A stretch of 64,000 nucleotides of DNA, from the NCBI GenBank assembly GCA_043786385.1, contig JAYVWC010000013.1, forward strand, positions 722 through 64,721. The letters run 5' to 3'. The notes under the pieces were generated by a model. It ran no database searches. It saw only the letters and a program-made list of their open reading frames with translations, and had not been told where the DNA came from. Shown piece by piece: positions 56,789-64,000 of this stretch (its first letter is position 1; each line of letters starts with the position of its first letter). The translations under genes were made by a program, and so were the position numbers. The stretch is from Spongiibacteraceae bacterium. GTDB lineage: Bacteria; Pseudomonadota; Gammaproteobacteria; Pseudomonadales; CAMLJR01.

Positions 56789-58722
56789 GCTGGATGCAAA
56801 AGCTGTATGAAACTTATGAGCAGTGTGCCGGTAATGAACCAGATGGCACCGAGCGATTAATGCCGGTCAGTCATACCACGCAACAAGCACATATCGAAGT
56901 TGTTATTGATGGTGAAGGCAATTTTCGTAGGGCTACCGTTATTAAAAAAGAAGACACGGTTATTCCGGCAACAGAAAAGTCAGCGGGACGCAGTAGTGGC
57001 GAGGCTGCACATGCTTTGTGCGAAAAAATTCAATATTGTGCCAAAGATTATACGGACGATTTGTCCGGCTTTGGTGGAAAAAAACCATCCTATTTTTCCA
57101 GCTATCAAGTGCAGCTTCAACAGTGGTGCGAATCGCAGTTTAGCCACCCAAAGGCTAGGGCGATACTCAAGTACGTTAATGGCGGCAGGGTAGTTGCTGA
57201 TCTACTTGACTCCAAAGTTTTGCAGGTTTTGGATGGTGTATTGGAGGTTCAACGCAAGGAGGATGGAGTTAAAAAAGAGGTAATTTCTAATCGGCAGGAG
57301 GAAAAAAGTCAGTCGGTAGATATTTTTAAGCAATTAACCTTTAACGATAAGGGCATTAAAGATCAAGGTGATGCCATGATTCGCTGGCGTGTAGAGGAGT
57401 TGAATAATCCAATATCTGCTACATGGCAGGATCAATCTCTGGCTGAGGCGTGGACGAATTACTATGCCAGTACTCAAAATAAATACGGCTTATGTATGGT
57501 CAGCGGTATTGAAACGACATTAGCTCTTCAGCATCCAGCCAAGCTGCGTCATGGTGGTGATAAAGCTAAACTTATTTCATCTAATGATGCGAGTGGCTAT
57601 ACCTATCGCGGGCGTTTTATTGATTCAGACGAAGCCGTCGGTCTTGGTTTTGATGTCAGTCAAAAAGCGCACAATGCTTTGCGTTGGCTTATCAAACGGC
57701 AGGCGTATAAAAGTGGCGATCAGGTGATTGTTAGCTGGGTTGTTTCGGGCAAGCCTTTACCTGATCCATTTGCCAATAGTCTTGCATTATTTGGTATGAG
57801 CGACGCGGTTGTCATGGAAACTCAGCATCTTGATACTGCGCAGGCCTTCGCTCTTCGATTAAATAAAGCTATTGCGGGTTATCGTGCTCGACTCGATCCG
57901 CGTACTGATGTTGTGGTGATGGGTCTCGATTCGGCAACGAAGGGAAGAATGGCAATTTCTTTTTATCGTGAATTAAAAGGTTCCGATTTTTTGCAGCGAG
58001 TTGAGGAGTGGCATGCTCAATGTGCGTGGCCGCAAAACTTTGGAAAGGACAGTAAATTTACCGGTGCCCCGGCGCCACAGGATATTGCTGAAGCGGCATT
58101 TGGTCGACGATTAGACGAAAAATTGCGGAAAACGACAGTTGAGAGATTATTGCCTTGCATTATTGACGGGCAATTAATCCCAAAAGATTTAGTTGAATCT
58201 ACTAAACGACGGGCTTGTAATCGCGTCGGACTAGAAAACTGGGAGTGGGAGAAATGCCTTGGTATTGCCTGCTCCCTTCATAAAGCTTTTTACCCCCAAA
58301 GGAATTATCAAATGAGCTTGGAGACTGACCGAATAACTCGCGATTATCTATATGGTCGCCTGTTGGCGATCGCGGAAAAAATTGAAGCTATAGCGCTGTC
58401 GGTGGCTGGTGAGAAGCGCGATACAACAGCAGCACGGCTAATGCAACGCTTTTCGGACAGACCATTTTCGACGTGGAAAACGATTGAGTTGGCGCTGGTT
58501 CCCTACAAAACGCGGTTACGTTCAAGACGAGCCGGTTTTTTAGTCAATATGGAGAAGTTGCTAGATGAAATTAGCTGCGCTTTTCAAGCCGATGACTACA
58601 CCAGTGATCGACCGCTGTCCGGTGAGTTTTTGCTGGGCTATCACTGTCAGCGGCAAGCACTAAAACCTTCCGATGCTACAGGATCGGATATTCAATCAAA
58701 CCAAGATAAAGACGGAATTTAA
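56785..58722 (+). CDS. cas8c: Cas8c (Csd1) large subunit
   Basis: MSWMQKLYETY start; AKLISSND, KAHNALRWL and YLYGRLLA...FLLGY.CQ motifs. Confidence 0.94.
   Translation: MSWMQKLYETYEQCAGNEPDGTERLMPVSHTTQQAHIEVVIDGEGNFRRATVIKKEDTVIPATEKSAGRSSGEAAHALCEKIQYCAKDYTDDLSGFGGKKPSYFSSYQVQLQQWCESQFSHPKARAILKYVNGGRVVADLLDSKVLQVLDGVLEVQRKEDGVKKEVISNRQEEKSQSVDIFKQLTFNDKGIKDQGDAMIRWRVEELNNPISATWQDQSLAEAWTNYYASTQNKYGLCMVSGIETTLALQHPAKLRHGGDKAKLISSNDASGYTYRGRFIDSDEAVGLGFDVSQKAHNALRWLIKRQAYKSGDQVIVSWVVSGKPLPDPFANSLALFGMSDAVVMETQHLDTAQAFALRLNKAIAGYRARLDPRTDVVVMGLDSATKGRMAISFYRELKGSDFLQRVEEWHAQCAWPQNFGKDSKFTGAPAPQDIAEAAFGRRLDEKLRKTTVERLLPCIIDGQLIPKDLVESTKRRACNRVGLENWEWEKCLGIACSLHKAFYPQRNYQMSLETDRITRDYLYGRLLAIAEKIEAIALSVAGEKRDTTAARLMQRFSDRPFSTWKTIELALVPYKTRLRSRRAGFLVNMEKLLDEISCAFQADDYTSDRPLSGEFLLGYHCQRQALKPSDATGSDIQSNQDKDGI
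58312..58722 (+). CDS. cas11: Cas11c small subunit from an internal in-frame start in cas8c (136 aa)
   Basis: AAGGA RBS then in-frame ATG 58312 (MSLETDRITRDYLYGRLLA); internal translation of Cas11 from cas8c is established for type I-C. Confidence 0.75.
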   Translation: MSLETDRITRDYLYGRLLAIAEKIEAIALSVAGEKRDTTAARLMQRFSDRPFSTWKTIELALVPYKTRLRSRRAGFLVNMEKLLDEISCAFQADDYTSDRPLSGEFLLGYHCQRQALKPSDATGSDIQSNQDKDGI

Positions 58723-58732
58723 GGATAGAGCC

Positions 58733-59578
58733 ATGACTAGCTTGCAAAACAAAATTGATTTCGCAGTAATTTTTTCCGTAAAAAATGCCAATCCAAATGG
58801 CGACCCTCTTAATGGGAATCGTCCGCGTACCGACTATGCGGGTTTGGGCGAAATAACCGATGTTTGTCTCAAACGAAAAATTCGTGATCGTTTGATGGAG
58901 AGCGGTCACGCCATTTTCGTGCAGTCAGATGATCGAAAAAATGATGATGCCACCAGTCTTAGAGATAGGGCTGAAAAAGCACTGGGTAAGCTTGACGCAA
59001 AAGATTTAGCAAAGAAGGCTTGTGCAACGTGGTTGGATGTTCGATCTTTCGGTCAATTATTTGCATTAAAGGCTGATAAGAAAAAGAAGGACTCAGCCGA
59101 AGATTCAGGTGATACAGGTATTTCCATCGGTATACGTGGGCCAGCAAGTATTCAATCGGCGTTCAGTGTCGAGCCTATAGATGTCACCAGTACGCAAATT
59201 ACCAAGAGTGTTAATGGCGAGGATTCCGATGCGGGGAAACGATCATCGGACACTATGGGTATGAAGCATAGAGTTGATGGCGGTGTATATGTCGCCTTTG
59301 GCGCGATGAATCCGCAACTTGCTGTGCGCACAGAATTTAGCGACGACGATGCAGCCGCTATCAAATCCATTCTGCCAAAGATTTTTGAAAATGACGCTTC
59401 GTCTGCACGTCCAGAAGGCAGTATGAGGGTCATCAAGGTCATCTGGTGGAAACATAATTGTAAGCCCGGTCAGTATTCTTCAGCGAAGGTACACGGCTCG
59501 CTGAAAGTAAATCCAGATGGGAGCTATGATTTGGATCCAATTGATGGGCTTGTGCCAGAAGAGATCGATGGCTTCTGA
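58733..59578 (+). CDS. cas7: Cas7c (Csd2) backbone subunit
   Basis: NANPNGDP..NRPR, TDVCLKRKIR, DVRSFG, DTMGMKH and NDASSARP motifs; ATG 58733 follows AAGGA. Confidence 0.95.
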   Translation: MTSLQNKIDFAVIFSVKNANPNGDPLNGNRPRTDYAGLGEITDVCLKRKIRDRLMESGHAIFVQSDDRKNDDATSLRDRAEKALGKLDAKDLAKKACATWLDVRSFGQLFALKADKKKKDSAEDSGDTGISIGIRGPASIQSAFSVEPIDVTSTQITKSVNGEDSDAGKRSSDTMGMKHRVDGGVYVAFGAMNPQLAVRTEFSDDDAAAIKSILPKIFENDASSARPEGSMRVIKVIWWKHNCKPGQYSSAKVHGSLKVNPDGSYDLDPIDGLVPEEIDGF

Positions 59579-59714
59579 AATAGACGAAACCTACCTCGCC
59601 ATTTCCGCCCTGCAACACTACGCCTATTGCCCTCGGCAATTCGCGTTGATTTATGTGGTGCTGCTATGGGCGGAATTTAAAAATGCTCAGTGCCTTTCGT
59701 TAATTAAGAGGTGA
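59568..59714 (+). pseudogene. cas4: Truncated 5' copy of cas4 (48 codons)
   Basis: MASEIDETYLAISALQHYAYCPRQFALIYVVLLWAE matches the N-terminus of intact Cas4, then diverges and stops. Confidence 0.85.
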
Positions 59715-59717
59715 TAC

Positions 59718-59918
59718 ATGAACATTCAACAACTCAGCTCCAGCGAAAAAATTCTGCTTGCCGAAGAGCTTTGGGAAAGCGTTCGTGCCGACGCAGCCAA
59801 TAGTGAGCTGACCGATGCTCAGCGCCGGGAGCTGGATAGCAGATTGGCCGCTTTTGATCTTGATCGGGATATTGGCGACAGCTGGGATGCGGTAAAAAGC
59901 CGCATTACGTCGCTGTGA
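59718..59918 (+). CDS. Addiction-module antitoxin (TIGR02574-like)
   Basis: LSSSEKILLAEELWES...ELDSRL...SWDAVKSRI; acidic 66 aa; overlaps the toxin start (GTGA). Confidence 0.88.
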   Translation: MNIQQLSSSEKILLAEELWESVRADAANSELTDAQRRELDSRLAAFDLDRDIGDSWDAVKSRITSL

Positions 59919-60211
59919 GTTATCAGCTGACGATCCGCAGGGATGCGGAAGCTGATATTCGGGAAGCATTCGACTATTACGAATCATGTCGAGAGGGTTT
60001 GGGCCACGAATTTCTGTTGTGTATAGAGGCAGGGCTCGAAAATATCCGACGTAATCCATTGTTGTTTCGTACGATATACAAGAGCGTGATGCGCAGCATG
60101 ATCCATCGATTTCCTTACGGAATTTATTTTCTAATAAGGGACGAAAAAATTATCGTATTTGCCGTCATGCATGCCCGTCGCGCCTCTACACGCTGGCAAG
60201 AGCGCACTTGA
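59915..60211 (+). CDS. RelE/ParE-superfamily toxin
   Basis: AEADIREAFDYY...GLGHEF...RFPYGIYF...AVMHARR motifs. Confidence 0.9.
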   Translation: MSYQLTIRRDAEADIREAFDYYESCREGLGHEFLLCIEAGLENIRRNPLLFRTIYKSVMRSMIHRFPYGIYFLIRDEKIIVFAVMHARRASTRWQERT

Positions 60212-60892
60212 GTGGAAGACGAAACCTACCTCGCCATTTCCGCATTGCAACATTACGCCTATTGCCCTCGGCAATTCGCGTTGATTCATGTCGAGCAGGC
60301 GTGGGCGGAAAATCGCTTCACGGCGGAAGGCAAAGTGTTGCACGAGCGCGTCGATTCCGGTGTGGCGGAGCAGCGACGCGGTACGCGTTATGAACGCGGC
60401 GTGTCGCTGATTTCGCAGCGCTACAAAATCACCGGGAAAATGGATTTACTGGAAATCGAAGTTGCTAGTTCTGAAGCTGAAACGCCGCCGCGTTACTTTC
60501 CGGTTGAATACAAGCGCGGTAAACCGAAAGTGGAAGATTGGGATCGTATCCAGGTCTGTGCGCAAGCGTTGTGTATTGAAGAAATGCGCGCGGAGATGTT
60601 GCATGGCACGCAAATTACAGAAGGCGCTATCTGGTATTGGGAGGTGCGTCGGCGCGAGCCGTTATTGATCGATGAGGCGTTACGTGCCGCGACTATCGAA
60701 GTAATCGCCGGTGCGCACGCTATTCTGGCAAGCGGAAAAACACCACCACCCATTAATAATAAAAAACGCTGTCGTGGTTGCTCGCTGGTGGATTTGTGCG
60801 AGCCGCATACGTTTATCCGCGACAAGACTGCGGCGTATATCGAGGGGATATTTTCCGAGCGCGATTTGACCGCGCTGGGTGGTGAGGAATGA
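60212..60892 (+). CDS. cas4: Cas4
   Basis: YCPRQ, GKMD, PVEYKRGK, QVCAQALC and CRGCSLVDLC (Fe-S cysteines). Confidence 0.95.
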   Translation: MEDETYLAISALQHYAYCPRQFALIHVEQAWAENRFTAEGKVLHERVDSGVAEQRRGTRYERGVSLISQRYKITGKMDLLEIEVASSEAETPPRYFPVEYKRGKPKVEDWDRIQVCAQALCIEEMRAEMLHGTQITEGAIWYWEVRRREPLLIDEALRAATIEVIAGAHAILASGKTPPPINNKKRCRGCSLVDLCEPHTFIRDKTAAYIEGIFSERDLTALGGEE

Positions 60893-61905
60893 AAAAGTTA
60901 CTAAACACACTCTACATCACCCGTCAGGAAAGCTATCTGCACAAGGAGCGGGAAACCATCATCGTAAAAAATGGCGATGATAAGCTCGGTCAGTTTCCGG
61001 CGCTGACGGTCGGCAATATTTTGTGTTTCGGCCAAATATCGGTGTCGCCATTTTTGATGGGGTATTGTGCGGAGCAGGGTATCGGCTTGGCGTTTTACAC
61101 CGAATATGGTCGTTTTCTCGCGCGCGTGCAGGGTCGGCAAACCGGCAATGTGCTGCTGCGGCGCGAGCAATATCGCTGGGCCGATAATGCCGATCAATCC
61201 GTCGCCGTCGCTAGGTTGATGGTCGCGGCAAAAATTGCTAACAGTCGCGCAGTGCTGCAACGAGAAATTCGTAACCACGGTGCCAATGCGGCGCTGGATG
61301 AAGCGGCCCAACGTTTGGCGGTGAGCATGCGTCGTGCGCGTCACGCCCGCACAGTGGCAGAGGCGATGGGCATCGAGGGCGATGCGGCTAGCACTTACTT
61401 TGCGGTATTTAATGAGTTGTTGCGCGGCAGCGGTTTTGCGTTTGGCGGCAGAGTACGTCGCCCTCCAACCGATCCGGTCAATGCGTTGCTATCGTTTGTC
61501 TATTCATTGATCACGCAGGAATGCGCATCCGCGTTGCAAGGCGTCGGGCTCGATCCGTTCGTGGGTTTTTTGCACAAGGATCGTCCGGGTCGAGTTAGCC
61601 TTGCACTCGATTTACTCGAAGAGTTTCGCGCATCGTGGGCCGATCGCTTTGTGTTGACACTAATCAACCGACGCCAAGTGCAGCTCAGCGATTTCGTAAC
61701 CGAAGCCAGTGGTGCGGTACGTTTGAAGGACGATGCGCGCAAGGCGCTGTTGGTTGCATATCAAGAGCGCAAGCAGGTGGAAATTTTGCATCCTTATCTT
61801 GAAGAACAAATCCCCATCGGTTTGTTACCACATTGTCAGGCCATGCTATTGGCACGCCATATTCGCGGCGATACGCAATATTACCCCCCTTATCTTGTTA
61901 AATAA
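60889..61905 (+). CDS. cas1: Cas1 (type I-C)
   Basis: KLLNTLY, GNVLLRREQY, GIEG, RRPPTDPVNALLSF and SLALDLLEEFR motifs. Confidence 0.97.
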   Translation: MKKLLNTLYITRQESYLHKERETIIVKNGDDKLGQFPALTVGNILCFGQISVSPFLMGYCAEQGIGLAFYTEYGRFLARVQGRQTGNVLLRREQYRWADNADQSVAVARLMVAAKIANSRAVLQREIRNHGANAALDEAAQRLAVSMRRARHARTVAEAMGIEGDAASTYFAVFNELLRGSGFAFGGRVRRPPTDPVNALLSFVYSLITQECASALQGVGLDPFVGFLHKDRPGRVSLALDLLEEFRASWADRFVLTLINRRQVQLSDFVTEASGAVRLKDDARKALLVAYQERKQVEILHPYLEEQIPIGLLPHCQAMLLARHIRGDTQYYPPYLVK

Positions 61906-61919
61906 GTGGTTAAATAATT

Positions 61920-62213
61920 ATGTTGGTACTCGTTACCTATGATGTCAGCGTGGTGAGCGTGGGAGGGCAACGCCGGTTACGCAATATTGCCAAAACCTGC
62001 CTCGATTATGGTGTGCGCGTACAAAATTCTGTGTTTGAATGCGAACTAGACCCCGCCCATTTTGTGGCACTGAAAAACCGGCTGATGGAAATATACGATC
62101 CAGCGGAAGACAGTTTGCGATTTTACTTTCTCGGTAAAAAAGGTCGTCAAAAAGTCGAACACGTCGGCGCTAAGCCGGTAGCCGATCCGCTCCGCGATGT
62201 AATCATCCTATAA
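61920..62213 (+). CDS. cas2: Cas2
   Basis: MLVLVTYDV, GVRVQNSVFEC and DSLRFY motifs. Confidence 0.96.
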   Translation: MLVLVTYDVSVVSVGGQRRLRNIAKTCLDYGVRVQNSVFECELDPAHFVALKNRLMEIYDPAEDSLRFYFLGKKGRQKVEHVGAKPVADPLRDVIIL

Positions 62214-62388
62214 CCCGCTAATCCGTCGCTCTCATAAAATCCCTGGGTGTTAGCGCAAGCCTAATTCGTTGTTATTGCGGATCTATTTTTTTGATCGCTG
62301 AAATAGACGCTTATTTTTTTGCTGAGCTTGGTAGGTTAGCGGAACAAATTAGTTTTTTCCTCTGCCATCATCGGGTTACAATTAAACG
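62214..62388 (+). promoter_or_regulatory. CRISPR leader
   Basis: 175-bp non-coding segment between cas2 and the first repeat, with T-tracts and CGCTAA...TTAGCG inverted motifs. Confidence 0.8.
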
Positions 62389-64000
62389 GTCGCGCTCTTC
62401 GCGAGCGCGTGGATTGAAACGATATTTATATTGGCCGATGCCGCCAACACCGTGACGTCGCGCTCTTCGCGAGCGCGTGGATTGAAACTCCGTCAACGGC
62501 GCTACGCATCGAGCAAAGCGCGTCGCGCTCTTCGCGAGCGCGTGGATTGAAACACTTTTTTCATGCGCAACTGTCGCAAGTCGATGTAAGTCGCGCTCTT
62601 CGCGAGCGCGTGGATTGAAACTACGTGCTCTGTATTGATTCGCGATGCGCGATTGGTCGCGCTCTTCGCGAGCGCGTGGATTGAAACGCGCCGTTAACGT
62701 TGGTGCCCGTCACCGCTTGCGTGTCGCGCTCTTCGCGAGCGCGTGGATTGAAACGCTGGAACGCATGAGCAACACGTATTGGTGTTGGTCGCGCTCTTCG
62801 CGAGCGCGTGGATTGAAACTATGTCAGTAGCGTCGATGGATGCGCGGGTCACTTGTCGCGCTCTTCGCGAGCGCGTGGATTGAAACTTGCTCAATCATTG
62901 AAATGAATCGGCGTATGCAGTCGCGCTCTTCGCGAGCGCGTGGATTGAAACCAGCCAGACTCACCGTTTGATAGCCGGATAAGCGGTCGCGCTCTTCGCG
63001 AGCGCGTGGATTGAAACCAGCCAGACTCACCGTTTGATAGCCGGATAAGCGTGTCGCGCTCTTCGCGAGCGCGTGGATTGAAACGCAAAATCGTGCGCGT
63101 GGATTGCTTCATCATGAAGTCGCGCTCTTCGCGAGCGCGTGGATTGAAACTTCGATACCAGCACCCAGTCCGCAATAATTGATGTCGCGCTCTTCGCGAG
63201 CGCGTGGATTGAAACCCCGCTTACTGGCCGCAAAAGTTCGCCATCGTAAGTCGCGCTCTTCGCGAGCGCGTGGATTGAAACGCTTCGCGCACGAGCCATT
63301 TGTTTACCGAGATAGGTCGCGCTCTTCGCGAGCGCGTGGATTGAAACATACCGGGAGCATTCGCGATTGCCGTCGCAACGCGTCGCGCTCTTCGCGAGCG
63401 CGTGGATTGAAACCAAGTGCGGCGGCAAGAGTTTGCGGTTAAACACAAGTCGCGCTCTTCGCGAGCGCGTGGATTGAAACTCGATTTCCCCGGGCCAATC
63501 AATGTGAGCTTAACGCGTCGCGCTCTTCGCGAGCGCGTGGATTGAAACGATTCAACGCATCGTCAGGTGCTAATAACTTCCAGGTCGCGCTCTTCGCGAG
63601 CGCGTGGATTGAAACAAGCGTGGCTTGCAGGCCGGTGAAGTTTTGCCAGGTCGCGCTCTTCGCGAGCGCGTGGATTGAAACTCGATGCGCTGAGTCTTGC
63701 CGGTGATCATTTGTGTCGCGCTCTTCGCGAGCGCGTGGATTGAAACTTGCAGTAGTGCCATGCCTTTCGGTAAAACTAAACGTCGCGCTCTTCGCGAGCG
63801 CGTGGATTGAAACGGCTCGTCAATCGGCAGCAAAGCAAAAGACAAATCGTCGCGCTCTTCGCGAGCGCGTGGATTGAAACTAAATCACTCAGCAAACGCT
63901 CCGCATCGTTAGAGTGTCGCGCTCTTCGCGAGCGCGTGGATTGAAACAACGGAAATGCATCGATCAACCGTTGCCACGTTTGTCGCGCTCTTCGCGAGCG
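62389..64000 (+). CRISPR. Type I-C CRISPR array: 24 complete repeats plus 1 partial, 24 spacers of 33-36 nt; continues beyond the window
   Basis: Invariant 32-nt repeat GTCGCGCTCTTCGCGAGCGCGTGGATTGAAAC with an internal hairpin and ATTGAAAC 3' end. Confidence 0.99.

Larger units (their letters stand above)
59582..60310 (+). repeat. 94-bp direct repeat (59582-59675 and 60217-60310) flanking the TA module
   Basis: Manual alignment gives 84/94 identical positions. Confidence 0.9.

Noticed and set aside
59517-59714. 65-aa ORF as an independent novel gene
   Set aside because: From ATG 59568 it is a truncated duplicate of the cas4 5' end; the upstream extension lies inside cas7.
62645-63967. ORFs overlapping the CRISPR array (SRSSRARGLK and FQSTRSRRAR repeats)
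   Set aside because: Artefacts of translating the repeats.
62421-63981. Self-targeting spacers within the window
   Set aside because: No match was noticed in spot checks by eye. An exhaustive alignment could not be run, so this is not excluded.
1-64000. tRNA, rRNA, integrase, transposase or exosortase genes
   Set aside because: None recognised in the window; the exosortase implied by the PEP-CTERM protein must lie elsewhere.

Overview
Gammaproteobacterial-looking chromosomal window with four blocks. (1) 1-24.8 kb: a minus-strand Wzx/Wzy exopolysaccharide locus of the PEP-CTERM-associated type (short Wza, OM beta-barrel, split Wzc, ExeA-like ATPase, wecB/wecC, a nucleotidyltransferase-kinase/HAD triad, GTs, asnB). 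It is followed by a convergent gene pair, a lipoprotein and a VPLPA/PEP-CTERM protein, that share one ~160-aa domain; the PEP-CTERM gene lies behind a c-di-GMP-I riboswitch. (2) 25-30.6 kb: three housekeeping-type genes. (3) 31.2-49.2 kb: a PUFA/hglE-like type I PKS operon (ER-KS-AT-ACP-KR; KS-AT-DH-PPTase; ACP; GT1; hydrolase; methyltransferase; two stand-alone condensation-like acyltransferases; a lipoprotein hydrolase), then a candidate sigmaE-dependent sRNA and an SOS-boxed dinB operon. (4) 52.4-64 kb: a WYL regulator and a complete type I-C CRISPR-Cas system. It has an SOS-like box and a palindrome upstream of cas3, an internal cas11c start, a ParE-type toxin-antitoxin pair enclosed by a 94-bp cas4 duplication, and an array of 24 complete repeats that runs off the window. 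All calls come from motif recognition by eye; no database searches were run.
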